This document shows positions 1-12,284 of a stretch of 64,000 bases of DNA, one piece after another; position 1 is the first letter of the stretch; every line of letters starts with the position of its first letter. The notes below the pieces were generated by a model. It was not told the DNA's origin and ran no database searches. It was given only the letters and a program-made list of their open reading frames with translations. This stretch comes from Acanthaster planci (Eukaryota), in NCBI RefSeq assembly GCF_001949145.1, contig NW_019091360.1:616137-680136 (forward strand). Reading direction: 5' to 3'. Made by a program: the position numbers and the translations under genes.

Positions 1-511
1 ACTGTAGTTTTCATCTGATTGGATGGTCAATTCCACTCCGCCTCTTGGAATAGAACATTCAGTCTGTCACGTCATTGACATACTTATAAATAGCTATCTC
101 TCCAGTAAATTTTAATTGCAGTAAGCAGGTTTTAAGTTGCTTGTGCTCATTAACCATTTTTTTATAGTTTTGCGAAGAGTGGGTCTGTAAATTAAACGTC
201 TTTAAATGGGGTTTTTGCGGTTAATCAGTTGTAGGTGTCACTTCAAAAATACCATTTTCCTTAACTATATAGTTTCCAGTGAACTAAATGTTTTGTAATT
301 TTTAAATTATACTTATACCTATCAGGGTTGTAACTATTTGTGCATTCCAAATCATCCTCTTGCACATTGGATGATGAAGCTCACCAGCTAACCACACATT
401 TTGCTGCACGTTATGGTGATTTGGAAGTTACCGGTATGACAAAGCAAAAAAAGCTAAAACCTCTGAAATATGACATTGTCTTACATTCTTCTTTTTTATT
501 ATGTAAGACAT

Positions 512-880
512 GCATACTTGCCAAGTGCCAAGCATTCCTACATACTTTGCATTGTCCCAAGTTTTCAGACTGCATAATATCTGAATGTTCCTATTTCAAT
601 AGAAAAGGGAAGTATTAAAAACATCTCGGCAAAAAGGCCTGCTATTTGCAGAAAAAGAGGCTGCTGTTTTCAGAAAAAGAGGCCACTGTTTGGAGAGAAG
701 TGGCAACTATTTGCAGAAAAAGAGGGCAGTGTTTGCAAAACAAAAGGTGGACAGTATTTGCAACATCAAAATGGCAATGTTTCACATGTACATGTAAATT
801 GCTTCTCTTACGTGGCTGCTAATTTGACTGTGGACTCGTAAAATGTATTTTGATTTCTGACTCTTCAGTGTTGGCAGGTA
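512..880. mobile_element. MITE-like element, same family as 12001-12284
   Basis: Ends gcatacttgccaag... and ...gttggcaggta. Internal degenerate 'gcagaaaaagagg' subrepeats; 3' part similar to 12170-12284. Confidence 0.55.
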
Positions 881-1219
881 CATGTACCGGTATGAGACAT
901 GTCGAAATGTATGTAGATGTACTCAGTGGGCCCACCCATCATTCCTACAGCTTCTGTCCCACATGCTCAGTCATTCGGCATGAAAACAGCCATCACTAAA
1001 TTGTTTTAGCTACAACCTTGTCAGACATATAGTAGAATTTGAATAGTTAATGTTATCATGGAAAAATGGTCTGAATAGATGAATACAGGTTATGGTCAGA
1101 GGACCTCTTGAAATTGGTGAAGAAAAATATCCAGAAAACGGCAAAATTATTTGAATGGTCTGGAGTCTGAATTGTGTTCCTGTTTGTCAGTGTGATTTAC
1201 TACCTTCATTTGTTTGTAG

Positions 1220-1400
1220 ACAAACCCAGTGGGATATGCCTAGCTGGGATGGAAATGCCCCAGTTCTTGGAGGGCCTGAGACAGATATGGACCTTGGCAC
1301 ACCTACCTATGATGAGAAATCCAAGAAGCGGACAACTACAGCTGCTGCAGATACATCCAGTGAATTGGCAAAACGATGCAAACTGCAGTTCAGATCTAAA
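1220..1400 (+). CDS. SETD2: SETD2 internal exon (end of WW domain, linker into SRI domain)
   Basis: Acceptor tttgtag|a, donor |gtgagt. Translates (R)QTQWDMPSWDG...AADTSSELAKRCKLQFRSK, matching recalled SETD2 'RQTQWDPPTW...EADTSSELAKKSKEVFRKE'. Phase 0 into the next exon. Confidence 0.9.
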
Positions 1401-1655
1401 GTGAGTATTTAATTGTGACACAAGGCATCGCTTATAAGTCAGCATTTCAGGCTATGGTTATTAAGCCATATACTGGGAGGATCTAGTTGACTGGTCTTGC
1501 TCCATAATTCACAACACATTTGGTGGTTATTGAAACACTCTTGGATTGGTCTGCTGGGTTCATGGTTATACTGATTGAATGGCATGTTAATGTCTCCTGC
1601 CCCTCCACCATTAACAGTTTTGAGCACTTGAAGGCTTAATCATATCTGCGTACAC

Positions 1656-2303
1656 NNNNNNNNNNNNNNNNNNNNNNNNNNNNNNNNNNNNNNNNNNNNN
1701 NNNNNNNNNNNNNNNNNNNNNNNNNNNNNNNNNNNNNNNNNNNNNNNNNNNNNNNNNNNNNNNNNNNNNNNNNNNNNNNNNNNNNNNNNNNNNNNNNNNN
1801 NNNNNNNNNNNNNNNNNNNNNNNNNNNNNNNNNNNNNNNNNNNNNNNNNNNNNNNNNNNNNNNNNNNNNNNNNNNNNNNNNNNNNNNNNNNNNNNNNNNN
1901 NNNNNNNNNNNNNNNNNNNNNNNNNNNNNNNNNNNNNNNNNNNNNNNNNNNNNNNNNNNNNNNNNNNNNNNNNNNNNNNNNNNNNNNNNNNNNNNNNNNN
2001 NNNNNNNNNNNNNNNNNNNNNNNNNNNNNNNNNNNNNNNNNNNNNNNNNNNNNNNNNNNNNNNNNNNNNNNNNNNNNNNNNNNNNNNNNNNNNNNNNNNN
2101 NNNNNNNNNNNNNNNNNNNNNNNNNNNNNNNNNNNNNNNNNNNNNNNNNNNNNNNNNNNNNNNNNNNNNNNNNNNNNNNNNNNNNNNNNNNNNNNNNNNN
2201 NNNNNNNNNNNNNNNNNNNNNNNNNNNNNNNNNNNNNNNNNNNNNNNNNNNNNNNNNNNNNNNNNNNNNNNNNNNNNNNNNNNNNNNNNNNNNNNNNNNN
2301 NNN
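1656..2303. other. Assembly gap (N run)
   Basis: Run of n characters. Confidence 0.99.
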
Positions 2304-4169
2304 ATTTCTAATCTGAGTTATGTGTAGAGTGTCACAAATACCCCACGTTACCGTAGCATGAATTTTTGCGGGTCAGTGTTTGCCCCCAGACAAATTGTGC
2401 AGACACAAAGGATTCAAATATAAATCTTCTATTAAATTTAAATAAATTTATTATAACATATATCTTACAACTAAATACTATGGTACAACAAAAAAATCCA
2501 AATAATTCTCTATTAGTATCTACAAATATTTACAAAAGTCAATAATGGAGCATTTCACATGAGACCGAAATTAAGTCTATGATAGTCCATGTTTGGAAAA
2601 CGAAGCAAGATATAAAACTGGAAGAAATTTACATGGCTCCTGCAATTACTTCTTGGTTGTAAGAAATAAAGAAAATTACAATTAATTAGTTTATTTAACC
2701 CTTCGCTATCGACTTAATTCTAATCCTTCAGTATTAATTTTGAAAACCTTACTAAAGGCGGCAATCAGATAAAAAAAAAATACTCATCTATGTAGGGCCC
2801 ACTGCGAGTAGAATATGCTTTCCGCGTCAAAGGCCGTACCCTTGCCCGAACCGTCGGCTTGAACCTTGTGTTGGAACCTCTGAGTAGGTAACGGGGAAAA
2901 GTGTCAGCGGTGTCACGCTTGGCTAGGTTCTTGGTGGTGTTGCCAATCGATGTTCCAGCTTGCCTACAGCCAGCCTCGGGCCTATCTGCCTCGGGCAATC
3001 GGTTGGGCAATGGAGATGACAGTATGGCACTTTAATCACCAGGGCTAATGGCTCATGTAGCCCTGGATGCCATCTGAAATGTTACGTACATTCGGACAAT
3101 AATTCCTGGATTAATGGCTATTGAGGTAGTATTAACATTAAATACAAATAATTGCATGTATACTTATTGCCTAATGAAATCGCTCCAAAGTTACTGAATC
3201 AAAATTGCAAATTTAGACCACTTCATATGTTATAAAGAAATATTTAGAATAATCCCCATCAATCAGTTCCTGATTGGAAACAGTGCATCCTCTGTGGTCA
3301 CTTAGATCAACTGGAAGTGGTACATGTACTCAAGATCAAATTTATAAAACAGGAATAAAACAAAACATTTCATAAAACCAGAACCTCAAACATATAGTCT
3401 GTTGGCAGATCAAATGCCCAACTCTCTCGGAGACCTTCACCATTCCAAGACTTGGCTTTCCGGTGGAAAAGGTTAGAAATTTAGCTTATAACGAAAATAT
3501 TGCGGCCGTCATGTCTGAGGCGATCGGTAGCAAAAGGCGCTTTTTCAAAAATCGTGGGCTGTAAGTCGCATGTCAAAGTCATTATAAAAACCCAGTGTCG
3601 CATAAAATAATAAAGAGAGGAGACCATGGCAACATGAATATTTATACTAACTTATGTATTAGTTATTTACATAATAGAACACTGCAGGTACGAACGGTAC
3701 ACGCAACACACGAATATTGACAAACACAAATCAGACCGTGAAGTAGGGTTCTTGTTTGCTGGGGCAACGCTGACATAAAGAAGGGACGTTATAATGAACA
3801 CTGCACCGAATATCCCCTTGGCTCCTGAATTTTCTGTGCACTTTTACTGAACATGATAAATTTGCCTTACATAAAGGAAACATTTAGAATGGATGGTAAT
3901 AACTCAAAGTTGAGGAAACTGCTCTCACAATTGAAAAACGGCCAACACATAGCACAGTTTCTATCTTCCTTGGATAGCCGACATGTATGTTTACATGTGT
4001 GTGTCTGTGTCCTCTAGAGCTATATATATAAACTAAAGTGCTGACTCATGTACATGTACAAATTGATGCCTGCTGGGGGCATCCATGTTTGTCCACAAAC
4101 CTATGGAAAACTGGAAATTTTGTATGACTATATGCATATCTACATCTGTATTGAAAAATTATGCATTAA

Positions 4170-4829
4170 CCACTTGCTGCCGGGGTTTTCGTTACCATAC
4201 ATGTAATCATTTATATATGCGTGGCCGGGGTCTCCGAAATTGGACAAAGGGAACTGGGCCTTGAAACCAAAGACCATACTCGTAACAAAAGACCAGGCTG
4301 CTGGGAATTACTGACATTTTTTTCACTCTCAATAGTGGAGATAATCCAGCCTTGTTTTGAAACAGTATACCACGGTTTGGGGCTTTTAGCACAAGCGGAT
4401 TACCACCAGGGACAAAAGTGCTCCACCACCACAGCAACGAGCCACACCGCACCGCTGCATGCTAATCTGGCCCCTATTGAAAAGAAGTCAGCAGCACACT
4501 CTGCCCGGTTTGTGAACAAAAGAAAATTACATAACACCACACAATCTGGGCTCTTTTTACAAGGCTGCAGGCCTGGCTGAAATATGCGGGCGTCAATGAA
4601 GGTCACCTGTCAACTTAGAGTAGTGCCTAAAGATTACTTGGTGCGGCTAGAAACGACCGTTAAATGAAATGATGAATTTTTGAAGGATTTTGAAAACAGA
4701 AAAATGATAGTCATGCCGGCCCAGCATCATTAACATTGAAAAATGCCCCGGCATGAAGTGGTTAACCACTTCATGCTGGGGCATGAAAAACCATACATCT
4801 CCTATCCCGGAGTCCCCGGCAGGAAGTGG
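4170..4829. mobile_element. piggyBac-like non-autonomous element(s): TTAA-flanked, CCACTT...AAGTGG ends; long unit 4170-4761 plus short unit 4766-4829
   Basis: ttaa|ccacttgctgccgggg ... ccccggcatgaagtgg|ttaa|ccacttcatgctgggg ... ccccggcaggaagtgg|ttaa. A second partial copy is at 15011-15330. Confidence 0.75.
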
Positions 4830-5950
4830 TTAAAAAGGAAGGATCATGTGGCCAAACAGGATAACCCTGGGCTTGGCCAGCTGGCCCTGGCCAAGCTCGC
4901 AAGCACAGGGCTGTAGGCTTTTTGCCACAGTGTTCTCCAAATGGAAGAATTGTCACAATTTCGGTGCTCTGTTTTATTTATCAGTAGAATAGAAAAGCTT
5001 ATGTACGAAAAACAGGAAATCTTGGCAAACTAATGATTTTTAGAAGATTCTTGGACGTAAGGAAATAACCATATTTAACGTCTCCAATAGCCACCATGGG
5101 GCAAGTGAGGTTACTTGTGCACTGTGTGTGTATTTCTGGGCAAGACTTGGGGAACTTTCATTAGCTTGAAATCCAGATACTTTGAATTTTTTATCCATTC
5201 CCCTGAGGTAGAGAGTTTACTGTACCATAGAGGGAAGATATGTTTAATACAAAAGTACCTGTATAAAAGAATTGGAATGCATTACTTTGGTGGAAGAGCA
5301 CTAGTGGACCGGTGGTATAGGGGCATTACTGCCGGGTGTGTTAATACCCTCTTTGACCAACAGGCTTCATGATTTGCCCAAAACATGAAAGGATGGAGTG
5401 CAGTTTTTATAAGCTTGCTCCTCAGGACATTGAATGCAGGGATGAGAAGTTGCTACTGATGAATTTGTTTTGTGTGGTATTTCATGATATGAACTGATTG
5501 TTTGTAGCCCTTAGAAGTGTACAGTTCATACCATAGAGTTTGAGTGAAAGGGGCTTTTGTCTGGTGATTGCTTACGGCTAATACTGGGCAATTTATTCTC
5601 ATTCTTTGCAATTCATTTTACCTCCTCAGCGTTGATTGGAAGTGGGGTGACAGCTTTTATCTCTTGCTGCTATAGCATGAATAAACTACAGCTTTGCCAA
5701 ATGTTATTCTTGCATAATGCTCAATGCGCTCTTGTGAGCACATGCATGTGATAGGGTATACCCAATCAGGGAGCTAAATGCTTGGGAAAAAAAAGCTTCC
5801 TCTTTTGATCATGCTGTATTGACTGATACTCAGGTTATTTTCCTGACAGTCACATTAGAAGTAGGTCACTTTAATGACTTTCTAAAATATCCTAAAAAGT
5901 AATACATAAAGGCAAAGATTTCAGTGAATGCTAACCGTTGTGTTTTGCAG

Positions 5951-6052
5951 ATGTCTCATTATGTGATAAGCTGCCTCAACACCTATCGTAAACCAGACTG
6001 TAAGGTGGGAAGAATTACTAGCACAGAGGACTTCAAACACTTAGCACGCAAG
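5951..6052 (+). CDS. SETD2: SETD2 exon, SRI (Set2-Rpb1 interacting) domain
   Basis: ttttgcag|...|gtatgt; 102 nt encoding MSHYVISCLNTYRKPDCKVGRITSTEDFKHLARK, near-identical to the SETD2 SRI motif YRKPDCKVGRITTTEDFKHLARK. Confidence 0.95.
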
Positions 6053-6299
6053 GTATGTCCAGATTACTCTATAGAATTTGGATCAGATGTGCCAAGCCTC
6101 TAATCCCAGTCTCTTGGGTCTTTGCAGGGATATAGGTCTATAGCAAATACAACATCTCTAAGCCTTGCAGCACCGGGTGGTGGGAACTGTGAGTGCATAT
6201 GTACAAGAAACCGATACCAGTTTACCATACTCTTCTTTTAAGATTTTATTTAAGTCAATAAACCTTTTACGAGTTATTTAAATTCATGTGAACATTATG

Positions 6300-6510
6300 C
6301 TTTGAATGCTCAATACTAAAGACACTGCTATACCTCGTGATTTGGGGCAAGCTTTTGCATAGTTACATAAAGTTACAATGTTGTCAATAGAAAAGAAGGG
6401 CACAAAGGGACCATTTCATTCCAGAGATGGTTATTGATATGCAAAAGCTTGCCCTGAATCACAAGGTGTAGCAACAGTGTATTTAGTCTGTGGAATTCAA
6501 ATTGTTAATG
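6300..6510. repeat. Imperfect inverted repeat (MITE remnant)
   Basis: Arm ctatacctcgtgatttggggcaagcttttgcat is complementary to atgcaaaagcttgccctgaatcacaaggtgtag. Confidence 0.65.
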
Positions 6511-6581
6511 TGCCGGATAACTCGGTGTACCAGATTTTATTGAAATCTAACTCCCAAAAGGCTTTTTAAAGTGTTATGATG

Positions 6582-6645
6582 TAAATCTCCTTTTGAGATT
6601 TGAATCATGATTTAAATCTCCTTTTGAGATTTGAATCATGATTTA
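6582..6645. repeat. Tandem duplication, 31-bp unit x2
   Basis: taaatctccttttgagatttgaatcatgatt occurs twice head-to-tail. Confidence 0.85.
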
Positions 6646-6850
6646 AGTAACGTACACTACAGTGCTAATATACTGAAAAATCAGATACAGCAAACATTCT
6701 CTTGGTTCCCAAATTTTCTGTAGGCTATTACTGACAGCTGAAAATTTGCTTTGAATTAAAGAAATACATTTGATAATGACTCAAGAGTTCAGAAAAATCT
6801 TACCCACGTAGGAGCAACATCCACCACAAACATGGTCAGAGTCATTCATG

Positions 6851-6956
6851 GGTTCATGTACAATGTACAGTACTTACATGTGTAGGGTTCATGTACAATG
6901 TACAGTACTTACATGTGTAGAGTTCATGTACAGTGTACAGTACTTACATGTGTAGG
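6851..6956. repeat. Minisatellite, 35-bp unit x3
   Basis: ggttcatgtacaatgtacagtacttacatgtgtag repeated three times with minor variation. Confidence 0.9.
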
Positions 6957-7324
6957 GCCATTTAAACCAGACCAACTACTGTATACATGAAGAGGTTTCC
7001 AAAAGGCAATAAGCATCATTTTGGTTTCCTTCAGAATACTACCATCATGTTTGTACTGTACTTGTATTATGAATGAAAATTAAGTTGATGTGAAGTGGCC
7101 AACTCTGAATTAAACATGCAAACTGTTAAATCATGTAACAAGAATACAGGCTTTGGTTTCATCAATTGGATTGGTTTTAACTTCTGTGGTATTAGATTTG
7201 GTTCCGCACAGTGAGACTTTGATATGTTTCATGGCGGCAGACAACTGGTCCTTTTGCCAGTTCTGGGCATGCACGTACAGTTCTAGGCATACACGGTAGT
7301 TCTAAGCTCGTAGTTCTAACAGGG

Positions 7325-9526
7325 GTGTGAAATATCCAATTCTACACTGCCCTCTGGAGTTGTGATAACAGAATTCACTGGGAGGTGATCATGCAAGCGC
7401 AGACCAGATTGCGATCGTTTCTTGAGCAGACTAGACAAACTTTTTCGAGCCCAGTCAAAGATTTTGACATTGGGTCATTTTTTCAGGTTTTGCCTTTACT
7501 GAGCCAGATGGCCAAGGATGGTGAAAATGATAAAGATAATCAGGGTGCTGATGGCGACCCGAAAGACAAGGGGGAAAGATGGTGAAAATTCTCAAATAAA
7601 TGTTAGCTTACGCAGCAAGAAGCAAACCAGTGCTCCCGCATGTAAAATTACATGTGTGATGAAAATCTTGACAAAGTGGACTGAGGTAGCAGTCGATAAA
7701 CTAAACGAGAACATCAACCTGCTAACGTCCAACTTGCTGAAATTAACTGACGAAGTGGGTAAGCTGAAGGCTGCCAGATGAGGAAGCACATGAGCACAGA
7801 TTTGGTTGGGAAAGGTCATACCATGACGAGGACTATTTTTCTCCAGCGCAATATGATACACGAGTGCCTATGCTGGTTGGCACCACGAGGATGAATATGA
7901 TTATGATGATTATGGTGAGGTTGCACCGGACATGCGTGGTGACCTTTGATGAGGATTCTCATGGCAACGGAGGCAGTGATGACACAGCTGATGGCAGCCA
8001 TGTTCGTGATTCTGATCATAGCAGTGTTGCCCATCATGCCACGGTTTCATTGCCCGGGACTAGCGACGATTCAGAGACCGTATCCAAATATGACAAAATA
8101 TCTGAATGAACTGGACATAGCTGAGCAAAAAGATACCAGGCTGTCAATGCTCTGCCGTTGGCAAAAGGAGTAAACAAAGTGTTCACATCAGGTATGGAAT
8201 ACAGTTTGTTTGAGAAGACTATGGCTGCTATTCTGCACCCACAAAACTGTACAGCATTGACCACAGTTAAGGTTGATGAGTTAGTGTGGAGTTTTTTGAA
8301 GGGCCCAAAAAAGAAATTTGATGAAAGACTTCAAGCTGTTCATACAGCTGTTGTGAAGGCGGGATGCAACCTCACTAAGCTGGTTAACAATATGCAAGGC
8401 AGTTTTTCGGCTGATGAAATAATTGAAGATATTAAGCAGAGCAGCCAACTTTGACTGAGTGGCAGGGGCAAGTCATACCCCAAGGGTCCACAAAGGCTGT
8501 ACTTGCACTCTGGACACTTTGATGGTTATGGCTACGCACATGGCCCATCAAGATTTGGCCCAGTCCGTTTAGAGTGTGTTGGCATGTACAGGGGCAGACC
8601 ACCTTAGCATTCATACACTAGGGGATGAGTTGCCATGAAAGAAACTTCCAGTTATGGGAATGCCCGGAGCTCAACACCTCAAGGTGAGGTAGGCTGTCAA
8701 ATCTCAGTCTCTTTTGGTGTCACTGTGATTGATTCTGAAGTCACACAATTTCAAGCAGGAAGACTGGACCACTTTGTAACACAATGGCAAGCAATCATTT
8801 CTGATGCAGAGATTCTAGAAACGGTTACAGGTTGTACCATTGAGTATGAAGCAAGTGTCCCAGAACAGTGGATAGACACCTGTGTATTTACAGAGTTGGA
8901 AGAATGTATTCACTGTACTGCCCCTTTAAGACAGGGTGAATCCAGGCTTTTCACATGAACACCATGTTGTAAGAACCAGTTTGTTCTGAGGAATTTTCTG
9001 CTGCTCCGCATTTCTCTTGTGTTCATGTTGAAGCACATTGTTATTTTGTTATTGGAGCTCAGTTTTAGGACTTGTTAGTTGCTCTGCTAAATAAGTGTTC
9101 TCTCCCGAGTTGTTCTGAAAGAAAATTGTTCTTGCGAATTAACAGAACGAAGCAAAGTAGAAGGAGCATGATTATCCTTGGCTTTGTTTTTTGTTGGGAA
9201 GGTGTTGTTCTTTTATGGGACAGCTCCAGTTGGCTTTGAAGTCCCATGGAATTCTGTTGTCACAACTCAAGAGGGCAGTGTAGAATTGAAAACTTGAACG
9301 AAACTTACCTGAAATTGAAGTTTGATTGAAATTCTACACTGCTCTCTGAAGGAATTACATCCAGGTTCTCCCTCCCATTGAATTGTAAGTAGATCTGGGC
9401 TGGATCGGTCCCGAATTTGTTAAAGTCTGGTCTGCGCATGTGCAATCGTCTCCCTTGTAATTCCTTATATCACCTTCAAAGATCAGTGTAGAACTACAAT
9501 CAAACTTCAACTTCAGGTAAGTACCG
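7325..9526 (+). mobile_element. DIRS1-type (tyrosine-recombinase) retroelement, internally deleted, in SETD2 intron
   Basis: The internal complementary region 9249-9352 has a first half that is the reverse complement of the left end (7338-7376) and a second half that is the reverse complement of the right end (9473-9526). Broken gag-like ORFs at about 7508-8454. The pol N-terminal motif FQAGRLDHFVTQWQAIISDAEILETVTGCTIEY (about 8750-8850) is typical of DIRS elements. Confidence 0.85.
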
Positions 9527-11628
9527 CTTTTTGTTGAGTATGGCAAATTTCATTTTCTGCTTTTTTGCCATCGATGGGGGCAGATTTCCTTGTTTTTTCT
9601 TGCACAAGTGCCGAGTTTTTTGTGTCCGTTTTTCTGCCGACATGACAGGCCATATTTTGCACTTCCTCTTGCCAACAATGAACGCTTGCGACCAAACACA
9701 GTACTGGAGTGCTGTAATGCATAGGATTGAATCTACTGTACATACGTGACATGTACAAACATGCGTACAGTGTATACAAATCTTTGCAGGCATCTTCAGT
9801 GCAGCTGGAAGTGCAAGCCTTGTGTGTAAATAGCATCCTGGGAACCATCCGGTTATTGTGTTGTGATTAGCTGCAAATGAAATATCAGTACTCATATACA
9901 TGTATGTGTCAGTGGGGCTCATCACAGGTGTTCCTGCATCAGCGCAAGTAGTGACTAATAATTTCCACTATAACTTGTGGTAGCACATATCTCACTGTAA
10001 ATTTGCAGCTTGAAATAAGACCAGTAAATTTTTGCTTTCACCAATAGACCACTTCATGACAACTGGTACTGGGCAAAGTTCTTGTGTCATACATTATTAT
10101 TCAGTTTTTACGTGCCCTATGTGCATCTTTTTGTACGAGATTTCAAACAAGTTTTGGACATAAACACATCAAATTGTCTGTGCAACACAATTGCATAATT
10201 GTCCAAAGAGGCTCTGACTTGGATACAACCAATTTGACATGACTGACCCTCAAGTTACAAATCCGTGGAAATGGACATGGATGGAATATATCCAGCCCAC
10301 CGTAGACAGGCAGCAGTCAACAGTTTTGTGTTCGAGTACTTTTTCAGTTCTTTGCCAAATATTTAACTATTTAGGAGCGAAAAAAGCTGAAGTACATGGG
10401 CATTTGATGGTGCATGCACTAAGGTAAAATTACATATTGAAATGATGACTTGAGACTATCACTGTTTAATAAAGATTTAGTTTTATGAGAGTACTGTTTG
10501 AAAAGTTCTCGAAAAAGTACTCGGCCAAGTACTTTCCGAGTACTTTTCTCTTAACGCCTTAAACTTTACAAACCTGGGAGTGTCCGAAGTCTTATATTTA
10601 GTTCATAATTGCTCATTTACCTTTGTGCATTTACCATCAAATCCCTATGCACTCTGTTTCTTTTCCCTCTTACCCAGTTCAATATTTGGTGTAGAACCTT
10701 TTTACTTGAAAATCTAAAAGAAAATCTAAAAACCTTGACATGCCATCTGCATTCTTTGTAACAAAGAATTGAAAAGTGGAAAATGTGGTCAAATCAGGTG
10801 GGAAAGGACCAATTCACACGTCAAACCTCGATCTTTACAGTTTTGGTATACCTATTACTGGTTCATTTTAGTCTTCAGGAAGTTTCAGGCAAAATATGAA
10901 GAAAAAGATGAATTTAAAATATGCATAAATTGCAAGAAAAAATGACCAATGGTTGATCCTGGAGGCTGTAAAATTCACCATGGAGCATCTACATTCCAAA
11001 ATGTTCTCGGGCTCCTTAGGCATGCCCCTGACCCTACACCGCATGTGCTTTCGCACTTCATGCTTGCAATTTCAGCTGTTCTCAGCTATTTTTATGCTCT
11101 ATTGACACCTCTGTTCTAAGCACATGCACAAACTGTGGGAAAAAGACCGCAGTTTGTCTGTCACCACCTGGCATCGTGAAGTTTGGGGATGCACTTACGA
11201 ATATGGTTTGATATTTTACCAGATGTTTGCAAAGTTATATGTACATGTACATTGTAGGTCAACATCCAGGATTTTCTCATCGTTCATTTATTTGAATCTT
11301 ATCTGCCTTATGTTAAGTTCACCTTTTTCAGCAAAGAAGAGACAAGCGGGTTGGAGGTTCTCAACCAAGCTCATTTACATACCTGGTACACATGCAAAGA
11401 CTATTCACTCTAAGTGCAGAAAAGGGCTGTACCTGCTTATTGCGCTCTGTGCCTAAAGTGCACAATTTTGTGTGTGCATGCAGTGAGTTCCTACCTGAAG
11501 GGACATACATGTATTTTCTATGTAAAATCATGCCTCTCTTGTCCCTCACTTAGGGCATATATCAGTTATTGAGTTCTTAAAAGCAAGTACGAATAATTCA
11601 TCAATGTTTCTTGGCTTCTTTTTTGCAG

Positions 11629-11775
11629 TTAACGCATGGCATCATGGACAAGGAGCTGAAACACTGCAAGAATTTTGAGGACTTGGAAGTCAACTCTAAT
11701 GTCAAGCACAAAGCTAAAGAATACATCAAGAAATACATGATGCACGTTGGTCCAGTCTACCACAAAGATGATTAG
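11629..11775 (+). CDS. SETD2: SETD2 terminal coding exon (C-terminal SRI domain, stop TAG)
   Basis: ttttttgcag|LTHGIMDKELKHCKNFEDLEVNSNVKHKAKEYIKKYMMHVGPVYHKDD*, matching SETD2 'LTHGVMNKELKYCKNPEDLECNENVKHKTKEYIKKYM'. Confidence 0.95.
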   Translation, partial: LTHGIMDKELKHCKNFEDLEVNSNVKHKAKEYIKKYMMHVGPVYHKDD

Positions 11776-12000
11776 GAGTGTAAGAAGTTTGACCAGGTCC
11801 AGGCTTAATACTGCAAAGTAGTTTGACTCCAAATTTGTAAATGCCTGAGATGCATTTTAACACATTAAAACTTTCTAATGAGTTTTCACTCCAATTGATG
11901 TGGATTTCTGTTTGCTCTTCAGATGCACTCAATTCTTTTGACTGGAAATAAGTCATACTTCAAACTGTCATTAGGAATTATAATAGACAGTAGACCTATA

Positions 12001-12284
12001 GCATGCCTGCCAACTGTTCCAAATTCGGAGCCGTTCCGATTTTGCTTTAGACCTAAAAAAAATTGGAACGTTCTGATTTCCATAAAGGGGAAATAAAAAG
12101 TTTTGTCAAAAGAGAGTGTTGCTTTTAAAAAGAGGGTACTGTTTGCTGTGTCAAATTTGCAGTTGTTACATATACATGTATGTACATGTAAATAACTTCT
12201 CTTGCATAGCTGCTTGTTTCATTCACCATGGGTGAGGTAAAATGAGTATACCGAGTTCTGACTTCTCCATGTTGGCAAGTATGC
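12001..12284. mobile_element. MITE in the presumed SETD2 3' UTR
   Basis: TIRs gcatgcctgccaac / gttggcaagtatgc, each flanked by TA; related to 512-880. Confidence 0.65.

Noticed and set aside
2765..3010. GC-rich 81-aa ORF antisense in a SETD2 intron
   Set aside because: No motif recognised; probably a repeat remnant next to the gap.
6851..6956. 35-bp repeats resembling a CRISPR array
   Set aside because: Head-to-tail with no spacers, in a eukaryotic intron, with no cas genes: a minisatellite.
9500..9925. 141-aa and 111-aa overlapping minus-strand ORFs
   Set aside because: Antisense in a SETD2 intron, no domain, and they cross a transposon boundary; chance ORFs.
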